A DNA stretch of 63,278 nt, filler included, from Sphacelaria rigidula (lineage: Eukaryota), in the NCBI GenBank assembly GCA_964200075.2. It is 11 parts of 11 records of this genome, joined end to end, with 100 filler letters (N's around TTAATTAATTAA, not from the genome) between each part and the next. Parts side by side here need not be neighbours in the genome. Positions count along the whole stretch, not along the records: positions 34,574 to 40,234 come from CAXNAA020025465.1; positions 40,335 to 45,995 come from CAXNAA020025466.1; positions 46,096 to 51,756 come from CAXNAA020025467.1; 8 more parts are not named here. One strand, written 5' to 3'. Every line of letters begins with the position of its first letter. The first letter of the stretch is position 1. The translations under genes and the position numbers were made by a program. This document shows, one piece after another, positions 37,766 to 50,935 of the stretch. Under the pieces are notes generated by a model. That model was given only the letters and a program-made list of their open reading frames with translations, had not been told where the DNA came from and searched no databases.

Positions 37766-38237
37766 GATCATCGTCGAGATTGAGGGTGGAGCTTTTCATC
37801 CAGGATGACGTGGAAAATTAAAAATTTCGCAGCCACGCCATTTCTTCGAAATATTGTTCCATTCCATCTTCTGGGAGCTTTTAACAACTGCTACACGCCA
37901 TGAAAAATTGGATTCCGATGACCGAATTTGGGGGTCCTGGGAGAAGAAAATGTTGAGAGTGTAAATGATGCGGCGGAAATGTTGGGATTTTACAATAGAT
38001 GATCCGACCTGATCATCTGCGGGATCATCTAAACTCCTCAAAAATGTTTTTCATCCAGGACCCCCGAATTTCAAAAACTGGAATCCAAATTTCCATGACG
38101 TGTGGCAGTTGTTAGTAGCTACCAGGAGATGAGGAAGAAATGGAACAATATTTCGAAGAAGTGGCGTCGATTCGAAAACTATTTTTTTCCGGGTCATCAT
38201 CCTCAATGACAAACTCCATCCTCAAGTTCGATGATCG
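37766..38237. mobile_element. Foldback / long-TIR element (~470 bp)
   Basis: ~37766-37950 is a diverged reverse complement of ~38050-38237 (e.g. TTCTTCGAAATATTGTTCCATT / AATGGAACAATATTTCGAAGAA). Confidence 0.8.
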
Positions 38238-38940
38238 GGTGTTTGGAGACTATATGAAACCCCGTAAAATATGCACAGCAGATGATGACAATTTTTTATG
38301 AGAGTATTCCCTGTCCATGGAGCACACGGGGGAACGATTGGATCACTCCCCTTCACCTGATTCGCAACCTGTCTGGAGGTATTCCGCACAAACATGAGAT
38401 TCCACGCTATAACCTCGAGATATTACCAACAGAGGCACTAAATGCACTAAAACTGGATTTTGCGTGTCAGTTTTGAGAGGTGCGCTTTGAAATTTTGTAC
38501 GTAAGATTGCTAGGGCATAACGAGGAAGGAAACGTCCAGCTCCTTCAGTTATTTCTCGGAGGGGGAGGGGGGGTTCACGTCTTGGGGGGGGTTTAGTGAA
38601 AGATGAACATTGTTTTTGGCCTTTTATTTCTGTTTCTCAGCTTAATTTTTAGAATTGTGATTTGAAATCGAGTATGCAGAACCGGAATCATGCTGATGGC
38701 AAAAAGAAAGTGTTCCTTTCTTTGTTGGTGAGTCAAGGAAGTTCTCATTAGAAAAAATGCATTATTGCTATTTTGAAACGTCCTCAACTCATAGAAAAAA
38801 GGACTAGGAAAATAAGTGTGTCCCATCTTTTCCCATCACGCCCCCTAGCGATTTCCAACACAAAGTTCAAAGCACAAGATAGTACCGAAACTGGGCTGGT
38901 AAATGATCTGCAAAATGCTGGTCCGAATTCCGAACGGCCC

Positions 38941-39345
38941 CACACGCGGCCTTTCGGTTACCCCCATAAACATCCTCTCTCACGATTTTCATCCTCTCGG
39001 AGGTGAAGTGATCCTCTGGAGGATAAAATTACCCTCTAGAGGGTATTTCATACTCAGTTCCGGTCATAAAACGAATCCTCTGCGAGAACATCTGATTCTC
39101 CAGTGACTTCTGAGGTCTGAATCCCTCGAGAGTAACAAAAAAAAATGGTGCTCTGAATGGCTGCGCATTCTACGAGTTCCTCCAGAGGGTGCGCGGGCCC
39201 TCCAGAGGCAAAACAAAGCTCCAGAGGCGTTCGATCCCACCTTTCTGGAGGGCTGCGCACCATCTAGAGGCGTTTAATTTCTCTTTAGGCTCGAAAAGTT
39301 GACCGGAACAGAGTATTTGGGGGGGTAGCCGAATGGCCGTGTGTG
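38941..39345. mobile_element. CMC (CACTA/Mirage-like) MITE with CTCCAGAGG sub-repeats
   Basis: TIR CACACGCGGCCTTTCGGTTACCCCC / GGGGGTAGCCGAATGGCCGTGTGTG, 2-bp TSD CC. Confidence 0.8.
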
Positions 39346-40032
39346 CCGGGTTCTAAATAACCCATTCTCACCTCAATTTTAATAGTTGGCCTCTCAAATT
39401 TGATGCGTGGAGAATGGATAGGGCGGCATATACATACAAATATCTTGGGACGTGAAGTTTTTTTCTCTTTTCATGACTCACCAGGGGGCTACGGGGAAAC
39501 GATTTCGTGACGCGTAGGCCCCAAAATGGAAAAATATAGTTTTGAGGGGGTGGGGTGGGGGGCAGCCTGCTGTCCCCTAGTTTATTGCTTGCCGAGGCGT
39601 CGGCGGATGCGGTCAGCTGCCGTGTACAGAGATCCTTAGCATGGAGACCGCTGAGATGACGGACATGCCGCCCTCCCCAAGCTCATATCACTTACCATGA
39701 ATACATATATGGGACCATGCTCCGTGTTGTGTGCCTTGAGTTCCCACCAGTGATCCGGGCAAGTTTGGCGAGGCGTGAGATATCGTTGCTACGTGAAGTT
39801 CAGGCTGTCACTCCCGCGCGATCGTGTACATACATGGGTGTGAGCGTGGCCGGCATCTGAGGTCATCGAGACAGAGCGCGCAACGCGCAGAAGCAAATAT
39901 ACGAACCCCGCACGGCCCACCAGACTCTTCGGTTTTGGTCAGTGCTTCTTGATCAGTTCCTTGCAACAATATTCAACAACAAAAAGTCATGACAACTTTC
40001 GAAAAATTGGCCTCCGGGAGGGGGGGGGAGGG

Positions 40033-40098
40033 CGTACTCATTTGTTGCTTGCCTTAGTCGTTTGACCATTGACCACGCATCCCTTTCGAGACGGAGCA
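40033..40098 (-). mobile_element. C-tract retroposon form A
   Basis: Consensus match, with GGGAGGG immediately on both sides. Confidence 0.9.
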
Positions 40099-41380
40099 GG
40101 GAGGGAAGCTCCGTGTCCGAATATCTTCTCTCTGCCGTGACCCCCTGGACTCACGGACATCCTACTGAAAACTGGGTCTTGATTTTTGCTCCCAACTCAT
40201 CATGACCATCATAGTGGACGTGTTTGGCGCCTTTNNNNNNNNNNNNNNNNNNNNNNNNNNNNNNNNNNNNNNNNNNNNTTAATTAATTAANNNNNNNNNN
40301 NNNNNNNNNNNNNNNNNNNNNNNNNNNNNNNNNNGCTGTCCAAAATAAATTCGTTTTCGCTCGACTCAAATCGGGTGAAGAGGAATTTACCTCGGACAGG
40401 AGGACAAGGTATTGAAGATATTTACAGATTTTGTACCAAAACATTTGGAATTTTCGAAAAAAAACACTTGAGGTTTTTTCACCAAAACACTACCACATGA
40501 CTGTGCAGGGCTTTGCCGACGTGCCTACACAGGGCTGCAAATCCAACCCTGGGGAAAACCCTATAAAAACGCTGCCACGGGTAGAGATTTTGCATTTCAC
40601 TGTCAGGGCTTTTTCACAAAGACTGTGGAGGACCCTGTACGGACCCTGCACAGTGCGCCCCACAGGGTGCTATCTGTCCACGTGTGTAGAAATGAGGATG
40701 AAACAAGGATACAGGTGAACGAAATTCAACAATATGAATGCAACAAAAAAAGAGATGACTATAAAAAAAAACTAGAGTGAAGAAAAAATATATAATAAAA
40801 AATGAGTAAAACAAAGAAAGAGTAGAAAGGAAGGTATGACAGGGCTGTTAACTGCACCAGCTTATACCTGTACTGTCGATCAAACTGGGACTACACTTAT
40901 ACCGGAACTGGCGACGAGAGTGTTCATCATGAGTTCCTTCCGTCATTACTGATTTACACAAGTAGCTGATTAGATGCGAGTTATGGCTCTTCTTCAGCAA
41001 GTTTTTTCCAAGATTCCCGCAGGGGGTGGTCTTGGTCGGGGATCGTCTCCAACCCCAGCCACCGTCAGATGAAGTCGAGCCAGCCAACGCACAGCAGCAC
41101 GCATGTGTTCCCGAAAAGTACGAGTCGTGAGTACTTGGTGCGTGTTTGAGGGTTAACGTGCAGTAGAAGGGAAACGTAAACCGTTTTTTTTTCGACCCTC
41201 CGGGGGGGTAGGAGGGGTGGTACATAGGTGTGCGGGATAATATGGTTTCTCGTGTGCTAGATCAATGGGTTTTTCTAAGAGTGTCAGCAAGGGTCTGCCG
41301 TGATAAATTATTGTGCAACTCTATTCGGGACAAAAATACTCCTCGATTAGACTGGAAACTGGTCGTTGTCGGGGCAATCA

Positions 41381-41737
41381 CACACGCGGTCATTTGGCTA
41401 CCCTCGTAACTCCTCCAGGGCGGTCAACTGTTCGAGCCTGCAGAAGAATGAAACGCCTCCGGAGGGGTGCGCGGCCCTCCATCGGAGTATTTTTGTTTTG
41501 TTTCTCCAGAGTGATTAAACGCCTCCGGAGGCATGTTTTTTCGTCTGGAGGGCCGCGCATTCCTCGGGAGGCATTTCGCTACCCCAAAATTACTGCGGAG
41601 GGGTGCGCGGCCCTCCAGGGCGATACAGTGTTTGGGTTCTTCCAGAGGGATTAAAGCCTTCGGAGGTTTGTTTCGCCTCTGGAGGGCCGCGCATCCCCCC
41701 GGAGGCATTCTGGGATGTAGCCAAATGGCCGTGTGTG
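41381..41737. mobile_element. CMC MITE, same family as 38941-39345
   Basis: TIR CACACGCGGTCATTTGGCTAC / GTAGCCAAATGGCCGTGTGTG, 2-bp TSD CA, internal CTCC(A/G)GAGG repeats. Confidence 0.85.
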
Positions 41738-42394
41738 CAATTTTCGAAAGTGGTTCTCATCTACCGCCGTGTCTTAGCAAACGTGCGGTGGGGACAAAAC
41801 AAATCTGATGGGTTATCACTACAAGATAAATGGTCAAAGCCATGCCTGGACGAGATACTGCTGTACCTCCGGTGGGGGGGTGAGAGACGGTGTGCTATTC
41901 TACTACTATGTTTGGTCCTTGCTTCTTCGGGATAGGTTCTCCATGAATGTAGCGCTGTCATATTGGCGCCAACACGGTCAGACTTATTCGTAGTGGCTAC
42001 GGGTATAGCCGTGGGGTCAGGAGTCCTTATTTGCCCTTACTGATAAATATTTAATGATGAGGAATGTCAGAGTCATTTTTGAATCTTTCTCTTTTTGTTC
42101 TAAACCGCGCACGCGTGCGAGACTTGTGTCGTGAATACCTGCGTCACTGCTGCCACGTGCGTCAGCCGTGGCTCACCACTAGTCCTATTTATTAATGACG
42201 TAATGTCGCTAGCTCCCACACTGCAATCAAGTGCCCGCTGTCCTGATTTGCCACACTCTAGCCAAGTCACAGATGATCCTTTTCGGAACAGTATTTTATA
42301 CACGCTTCCACTATCGAATTGTTGGACTGCGCCTCAACCACCATCCACCACGGAATTATTTTCCTCTTGTGGCTTGCCGCGGCCAAAACAATTA

Positions 42395-43695
42395 AATGTG
42401 CACACGGATAGTGGCAAAATACGTGCGGCTTGCCTGTGCCGTACGACCACCCCGACCGTGGCGACTTGGATCACACTATCAATCGGAGCTAGCACAACCG
42501 CAGAATACAGTCAGTAGTACAACAGTAACATGATGTCGCACTCTCTCTCTCATCTCTCACCACCTGTCGCGTGATGCGTGACTTCCCACTGCCAGCTCGA
42601 ACGTAAAATATGCCCTGTGTCGATTATTCCAAAGCTCACATTTCATGCTGGATTACTTCTATTCATGTATGTATGATACACAACCACCGAGTATGAAGGG
42701 GAAAGAGCTGCCGCTCTGCGGACCCAAAGAGACATGAAAAATCCCCAAGGTGAAGAAAGTGGCGTGTACCGGAACAGACAACATCATGGCGATTATACCA
42801 TGTGCTTCTGTTTGTTAGCTGAGTTGCGTCTTTCGGTATCATCTATGTGCACCGTAGCCCTGTCTCTCCAGCAAAATGAGTGATGACCTACAGACAGAAG
42901 GACGGTACGTTGTCCATGTAGATACATGAAAGCCAAAGTAAGACACGGAGAATTGTACAATGCTGTACAGAGAGCACAGTGCAATGTCTTCCTATTCTCT
43001 TCCCTTCTCCCGCTGCTTCCCCCCCTTCGTCTATGAGTATCACTGAAAGATCACATGTCACCAACCCCCCAGGCAGCGTGACCCCTTTTTGCAGTCAGCT
43101 TTGAATTTTAACCCCTCGACCGCCAGGCCAGGCATTTTTGAAGTGAGAACTATGGCGACGAAAGAGAGGACCCACCGTTGGGATGATATGTTCTTCATGT
43201 TTTTTCAAACAGCGGGCGGATGCTGTGAAAACGGTACGATGGCGGTACCGGTAGACTCAACTCCATCAACAAACATGGGCACATAATACAGTCGTCATGA
43301 TGTTGTCTGTTCCGGTACAAGCTACTCTCTCTACCTTGGATTTTCTGTTCCTCTCTGGATACACGGAGCGGCAGCTCTTTTCCCTAAATACTTTGTTGGT
43401 GTGCATCATTCATACATGGATGGGAAGTAAGCGAGCATGAAAGTTTGAGCTTTGAAATAATCGACACGGGGTATCTTTTTATGTTCGATCTGCCAGTGGG
43501 AAGCCACGCAGACTCGACCACGCGACAGATCGTGAGAGATGAAAGAAAGTGCGACATCATGTTACTGTTGCACTACTGCCTGTATTCTGCGTTGGTTGTG
43601 CTGGCTCCGATTGAGAGTGTGATCCAACTCACTACGGTCGGGGTGGTCATACCGCACAGCCCAGTCGCACGTGTTTTGCCACTATCCGAGCGTGC
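42395..43695. repeat. Long diverged inverted repeat (arms ~42395-42795 and ~43285-43695)
   Basis: GGATAGTGGCAAAA...GACCACCCCGACCGT...ACAGTAACATGATGTCGCACT is present in opposite orientations. Confidence 0.85.
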
Positions 43696-43904
43696 AGATG
43701 GTGCACCTGGGTGCACACATCCAATTGTTTCGGTGCTTTTTTTCGTTGCTGCTTCTGTTGATCGTTGTTCGCTGCGAGGCTCCGAGACCCCTTGGGGTAT
43801 CACGAGGTCTGACTCGGATTCACGTCTGTTCATGTGTGTATGGATTCAACATTTTGTATCCTCAAAATAGCTAGCTAGCTTTGTGACAAAATCATCAATA
43901 GACA

Positions 43905-44560
43905 ACGTTGGCGCTTCAGTACCCAGCCCGTGGCATATACTGTCGGCCTACTATCACACCCACAGGTACTGCCTTCATTCTTTCTATTGTATACGCGAGA
44001 AAGCACTGCCAAGCGTTGTAGGCTCAGGGCGCAGCTATCGTTTACTGCCTGCGGGAGATCCAAAACTAAACTTTCATACGGAACAAAATGGCATATGTCG
44101 GACACACGGTTTGTTTTGAAGTAAAAGTGTTTCAAAAAATAAAAAAAGCACTGGCGCATCTCATTTCTACTGCCCGTGATATATACTGTTGGCCGACGAT
44201 TACACCCACAGGTACTGTCTTCACTCTTTATTCTGCATACACGAAAAAGCACTGACAAGCGCTGTAGCCCCATGACGCATTCAATGTTTACTGCCCGTGA
44301 CATATCTGTAGGTGAATACACGGCCAAGGAAAAATAAAAAAATGAGCTTTCACCCGGACATGCGCATATGCGGAACAATATCGAAATTCAAATCTGAACT
44401 TTCACCCACCGTTTGGGTTTGTGAATCAGTATCACCTCCGCAGGTGCCTTTACATTTGCATGCGCCATTTGTTCTGAAAAATCGAAAAACACTCGCAAGC
44501 ACAGTACTGTTGTACTACCACCGCACATATCTCTCTTCTGCCCGTGATATATGCTGTTGA
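43905..44560. repeat. Degenerate tandem repeat (~120/240-bp period)
   Basis: Recurring TGCCCGTGATATAT.CTGT and CACACCCACAGGTACTG...AAAAGCACTG motifs. Confidence 0.7.
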
Positions 44561-46304
44561 CGTGCTGGCGCGAAATACGGGTGATAGTAAGAACATGACA
44601 TGAAGACTGTTTTGTACGCTTCTTTTTGTTGCGGACAACAATATGTGCCTGTCCCTTTCACGTTGCTTGCGGTACCTTGCCCTGTACTATGTCTATGGGC
44701 CGTCGTAGATATACTACAGTGCAGTACAGGAGTGATTACGCGTCGTTCTTTGTAAGCACTGAAACCCAACAGAGCGATGTGGTATACCATCTCGCTCAAG
44801 AGCCGTCACGGCAAAGTGCTGAATCGGAAAAAACCGAACAATCACACGTCCTGCGCTGTTGTACTACGGCTAAGGGCATTCGTTGATATACGACAGAGCA
44901 GTGCAGTAGTGAATACATGTTGTTCTTAGCAAGCACTGAAATTGCACCTGGAGCAACCACTGTAGTACTGCACATCACGACAGACCGTCAGTATTTAATC
45001 CATACTCCTCACCGAGTAATTGTCAGCACGCCATGCCCACCGACTCCTGGCATCGATGCCCACCGGCAGCTTACACCGTATGGTCCCAAACTCAGCGCTC
45101 TTCTTTGCCATGAAGAATGGCGTTCAGCAAACACCGGAGTATTGTTTGTGTCGGTCGACATGCATACTCTAATCGATCATACTTACGCTCCAGGATTTGC
45201 CTGGATACGAAGGAAATAGATGTGGAGATTGGATCATGACGTGCAGGGGAAATACGAATAAGAGATCATTCTGTGGTATACCCTATGTAGTGGTTGCAGT
45301 CCGAAAATCTGGGATTATGACATGTCATTTTGTATGAGCGTTTTTCCCAGGTATAAGAACCCCACTTCATTCAGTGTGTGTTCGTGAGTGTGTGTGCGGT
45401 GTTATGTGTCGGTTCTGATTCGGTGATGGTTTTAGCAGGTGTGTGTTATGTGAGAGTCGGCAAATATGGGTACATTAATTATATAAAAATGATATCTGGT
45501 CTCAACTGGCCACGGCAGGTCTACAACTTCCCCTGCAACGCACCCGGTGCATGAGGCTTTCTATTATGCTAGCAATAAAAACCTGGGTCAAGGCTCATGT
45601 ACCGACTGGTAGGGATTTACACGCAGTAGGCTTAAATCAGGCTACGCAGCCGCAAGAGGAGATTTAAAAGGATTTTACAACGAGGCATCGAAACGCGCAT
45701 ACGCCGCAGACAACAAGAAGGACAATATCATCAACGGACAGCATCACAGAGCTAATTGGAGCAGAAAGGTACCCAAGACCGGCAGCGGAAACACCCCTCG
45801 GCACGCGCGTCACCAACTCTAGCATCCAAACGCCAGTGAGCAGCTTTATCAAGGACACAGCATCAGATCTTCTCAGCTTTATCAAGGACAACAACATCAG
45901 AGCTTCTCAGCTTATATCCCAGAGGGCATAAATTCATCTTCATTTTGTATATTTGAGCTAACCGGAGCAGCAGTGAGAGGTACCCAAGACCGGCANNNNN
46001 NNNNNNNNNNNNNNNNNNNNNNNNNNNNNNNNNNNNNNNTTAATTAATTAANNNNNNNNNNNNNNNNNNNNNNNNNNNNNNNNNNNNNNNNNNNNGATCC
46101 TACATGCTACATTTACTACGCCTTGGTGTATTTTGGCTACGGGCCTAAGCTTTCGCATATTTATTCTGCTTTTTGTTTCCCGCGCAATTTTTAGCGATAA
46201 TAGATAAAGCCAGCGAGGAACATATTCATAACGCCGATCTATCAGATTGATTTTTTTTCCCGTCGTATAATTTTCATATATATATATATTGTATTGTAAT
46301 GCTG

Positions 46305-46610
46305 CCGCGCCCCGGTGATGTAATGGTCCGACTGTCGCCATTAGAGTGGAGAGAACGAGGGCCCGATTCCGGACGCGTTGGGTTTTTTCTTCGTAGTATC
46401 TAATTTTCACCGTGGAAAGTATGAAAGCGTGAGTAAACAAAGTAGTCGACTGCGTTTGTTTGACGTGAGTTGACGCGGTGCGGGAGTGCGGACTCCATCC
46501 GCGAGACCAAAATGCAAGGCGTGTACCGGGGGAGAGATAGGTTGATCCCTTGAGGCCACGAACTCGTCCCGAGGAAGGGCATTGGTTCAAAGTGCGACAA
46601 AGAAAAAGCC
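46305..46610 (+). mobile_element. SINE family 2 (degenerate tRNA-like head); partial reverse copies at ~54530-54720 and ~32265-32350
   Basis: Head GCCCCGGTGATGTAATGGT...GGCCCGATTCCG. The body CAAAATGYAAGGCGTGTACCGG.GGAGAG.TAGGTTGA.CCCT.GAG is shared with the 54.6-kb copy. Confidence 0.65.
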
Positions 46611-46999
46611 CTAGACACCCCCTAGACACCCGCTAAGGTGGGTTCTCATCGAAAGGGGTGCTCCTCTTGAGAACAATCTTCTTGGACAAAGCGGCTCGTC
46701 ATTGGTCGCTGCGTTATCGCCTCACTAAAACAGTGCCCCCAAATCCCCCCTGCAAAAGAAATATGCGGGAGTGAAAAACATACAGCACGGGGTTCAACCA
46801 AAACAAAAACAATCTTTATTTCATAATATGAACCTTGGGAACCTTCGTAAAAACATTGATATATTTTCGAATTAAAAATGCAAATACACTCTCCGTGGTG
46901 GTGGCAACTGTCGAACTCGGTGGTCGTCTCTCCCACAACCGTACCGTACGAACCAAATCGAAGCAGCGGTAATTCAGAATACAGCAACTGCAGATCGAA

Positions 47000-49612
47000 A
47001 TAGCACGGCAGCACGTGATCGAGACGTTCCCACACAACCTCGGGGAGCGAGCATACCAGCCACCCACCACCACACCGGCGGCCGCGAAGGAGTTCACCGA
47101 AGCTATCCCCGAAGTAGCACAGAGAGTACTCCCGGCGAAGACACGGATAACACGTATGCCGGAATGGTATGATGAAAGTCCCGATACGAGAGCAATAGTA
47201 GAGGCAGCGCTTGTGCACCAACGGGAGCCACGACGGTTGATGAAGGACAACCGGACCCCAGCAACGTCGAAAGCCCTCAGAGCCGCGTGTGTAAAGGACT
47301 ACGTACTGCGATACACGACGGCGTCCATGCACACCTGGAGAGATACGTGGCGAGGCTACAAGCCACCTACAAGGATCGCGACATGCGAGACCTGTACAAA
47401 CACCTCAAGAGGCCGGTAGGTCTTGACAGAAGGCAATCAGAGGGGCAGCAGTTCATCAAGGACGAGAACAGTGCTCTACTGAGGAACGACATCGAGATCC
47501 TGAAGCGGTGGGCGATCTTTTTCCGAATCGTGCTCAGCACCAAATCGCCCACGCTGAACCCAGCCATCATCGAGGAGGTGAAGCAGTAGCCGACAGCATT
47601 ACCCACCGGAGATTCGTTACCGCTTGGGTCAGCACCAACGCTGGAGGAGACCACACGAGCAGTCCGTGGGATGCAAAACTGGAAAGCGTCGGGGCCCGAC
47701 TCTCTCCCTGAAGAACTACTCAAGATCGACGGCCGAGTCGAATCTATCGTTATCGAACGCTCCCGTGCCATCCTCGTCGAGGTGTGGAACGGAGGTAAGG
47801 TCCCGCAGGAATGGAAAGACGCTACGATAACAGTACTGTGCAAGGAATCGGACCTTTTCAACTGTAACAACTACCTGGGATTCTCACTGGTGTCGCACGC
47901 AGGGAAAGTGCTCTCGAAGATAGTGGCCAACCACCTCAGCGACTACTACGAAGCACACGGGATACTGCCGGAGCAACAGTGAGGCTTCCGACCTGATCGA
48001 TCCACCACCGACATGTTGTTCGTAGTGCGCCGGCTTTAGGAACTGAGACAACGATGGAGAATACCACTATACATGTGCTTCGTCGACCTCCAAATGCCCT
48101 ATAATTCGGTCGACCGAGAGCTCCTATAACAGGTGCTTGCCCGATATGGTATTCCGGACGAGATGATAGCACTTATCCGCCAATTCCACGATGGCATGCC
48201 GGCCCGCGTGCGCATGGACGACGGGGAGCTTTCGGAGTGGTTCGAGGTCACTCAGGGACTACGGCAAGGGTGTATGCCGTCTCCGCTGCTCTTCGATATA
48301 TTTTTCACTGCGGCGCTCGAGATGGCTCTCGTGCGATTCAGCGAGGACAACATCATCCTCAAGGATATGGTAAATGTCGACGAGGAGACGGTGGGGGAGA
48401 CGGAGATGCCTCTGGAACGTGTGTAATGCGCGGGAGGACCGCGTGCTGAGGGGACCGCATCGGAATTTAAAGATCCCTGTGGTTAGGGTTAGGGCTCGGG
48501 TTAGTGGTGGGTTAGGGTCAGGGGCATGGTCCCTGCAGGTACTGGCCCGGTTGGCTTCGAAAAGCGTCGATCCGGAGGTGTTTTGAACTATGATGTGGTA
48601 CCCTACGCAGGCGGTCCTCCCACGCAATACAATGCGTACGGAGAGCGGTGTGGAGAATGCTATACTGTATGCCGATGACGCGACCGTCGTCTCGAGGTCC
48701 CCTGACGGCCTGGCGAGGATGATGACGGTTATAGTACGCGTGTTTGGGGCCTACGGACTGACGGTGTCGGAAAAGAAGACAGAGAATCTACTGATGCGAG
48801 TACCGCAAAAATCGCTACAGGAGGTGGAGCCACCATCACCACCTGCCCCACCACTAGTCATCGAAACAGCGGGCAAGAAGTACGCATTAACCACGACGTT
48901 CCGATATTTTGGTGGGCTCGTCAACAAAGATGGCGAGCCCACACAAGCGATCAATAACCGGAGTAGAGCCGCGTGAGCGTGCGTCAGAAGGGTTTCCCGG
49001 GAGATCTTTGACCGACCGAAAGCACCGTAGAGACTCAAGGCCCGCCTGCTGAAGGCAGAGGCGATGGAGGCCCTACTATACGGATGCATGATGTGGGCCC
49101 CGCGCCGCAAGCACTACAGGTTGCTGAGGATGGTACACTACCGACTCCTGCTGCGAGTTATCGGGTACCGTCGAGTGCGTGGCACATACCGACATTTACC
49201 GTATGCCCAGGCCTTGAAGAAGACCGGATGCCAAAGTGCTGAAGCCATCGTCCGGCAACGGTGACTGCTGTTTGCGGGAGCCCCAGCTAGACAACCGGAC
49301 GGACGACCAGCGAAGCGACTGGTATTCGGGCCACTTGTGGTGGGGGAGGGTTCAGGACCAGGGTACCCGGAGCAAAACTGGCTGAAGTGCCGGGGGGACG
49401 ATTTTCAAGCTTTTGGAGCCACGAACGGCTCTACGGACGACAGCCGACAGACACTCGGACTTGAGAATACCCTCTGGCCTTCAGCAGCGAAGAAGGAAGG
49501 GGGGATACTATGGCACGCGGGGGTGCTGCAGGGAGCAGAGAGACTCATGACCTCTTGGCACAAAAACGAGGAAAAGGCCAGCCGACTACGGGCGATTAAA
49601 CGGAAGCTTTGA
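47000..49612 (+). pseudogene. Decayed non-LTR retrotransposon (RTE-like LINE) reverse transcriptase
   Basis: RT motifs in order: [50 protein letters not shown]...[43 protein letters not shown]. Multiple in-frame stops and frameshifts. Confidence 0.93.
48423..48630. mobile_element. 208-bp MITE with internal TTAGGG repeats, inserted in the LINE RT
   Basis: TIR GTAATGCGCGGGAGGACCGC / GCGGTCCTCCCACGCAATAC. 7-bp TSD AACGTGT / AATGCGT. Removal restores LERVRRAVW. Confidence 0.85.
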
Positions 49613-49999
49613 GGAGAGCAGGGAGGAGATGGAAGAATGCGTAGCCAGCTTGTACTGAAGTGAACATGGCGGAAGCGGCAGGACCCCCCATCATCCCCCA
49701 TCATCCCCCCTTATATTCTTTTTTCCCCTCGCAAACTTTCATGCACCCCTCCCCTCGAGATTGGGTCTTGTTGTGTAGTGCTTTTCCTGTTATGCCCAGT
49801 ATATTCATACATGTGGCTGTCCCCCTAGAGGTATTAGGAGAGAACCCTGCGATTCTTATCGCTTTCGCTGGTGATCTTGATCCTTGAGTTTGGCCCCCCT
49901 CCTGTGTGGCTTCGCGTACTGAATGGACCAATGGGCCGTGCGAATGGTCGGATACGGCATCCGAACTTAGGAGGCAACCTGTATTTTTTCAGGGTATTT

Positions 50000-50600
50000 A
50001 CACACGTCACACTATCGTTACACGTCATAAACGTCACGCCACAACGATGTAACGTGACATCACGTTTTTTCTCTAGGACATTACAAATGTGACGTGACGT
50101 GCCGTGACTTTTTTTTAATTGTGACGTGACGTATTGATACGCCACATCAACGTACTTTGGAACATTTCTTGTGACGTGTGATGTATTTTATATGTCACAT
50201 GTTATTGAGTCTAAATGAACGTCACAAACGCCACACGCTTCACTTGTACTACAGTTAGTGTGGGATTCGGGGGCACATATATGTACATGCGTATATGATA
50301 TGATATGATGCATGGGTTTAAGAAGAGTGTGCATACGTCATCACAATATGCACGCGATGTAAGCGCATGTTCAGCACCACAACATGCATCGCCGCACCAC
50401 ACTTACCATACAACACATGAATTTCTGCAAATGTAGAAGCGAACATAAAAAATCGAAAAATCGAGTTTCGAATTCCCGAACTTCTCAGGGTACCTATCGC
50501 TACACGTCACACTATCGTTACACGTCACAAACTTCACGTCCCAACGGTATGACGTGACGTGACGTATTTTTTTAGACGTCACAAATGTGACGTGACGTGG
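50000..50600. repeat. GTGACGTCAC-motif repeat element with a ~100-bp direct duplication
   Basis: CACGTCACACTATCGTTACACGTCA...GTGACGTGACGT at ~50003-50100 and ~50503-50598. Confidence 0.75.
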
Positions 50601-50633
50601 GGTAGAACGAGCTTGTGATCTCGTTGACAAATT

Positions 50634-50935
50634 TGGTTGCTCCGGTGGCTCAGTTGGTAACCTCGACACCTTCTGACGGTTGGATCGTGGGTTCAATTCT
50701 CGGAGCGATCTGACACTCTTTCCCACACCATGCCCAACAGTGGAGAGCAACCATGCCGTGGGTACACAAAATTTGACTCAACGATCAACGAGCGAACGAG
50801 ACTGCTGAACCCCTCTCGCGATAAAAACAGGCGAGCACCGCAGAAGGAAGGTAAGGCACTAAAAACAAAGAAGAAAAAGCTCCTGTGTTGACCTTCCCCC
50901 TGTGTGACCCCGGCTGGTGTGCCCACATATACCGA
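50634..50935 (+). mobile_element. tRNA-derived SINE (family 1)
   Basis: A-box TGGCTCAGTTGG, B-box GGTTCAATTCTC, body homologous to 9628-9992. Confidence 0.85.
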
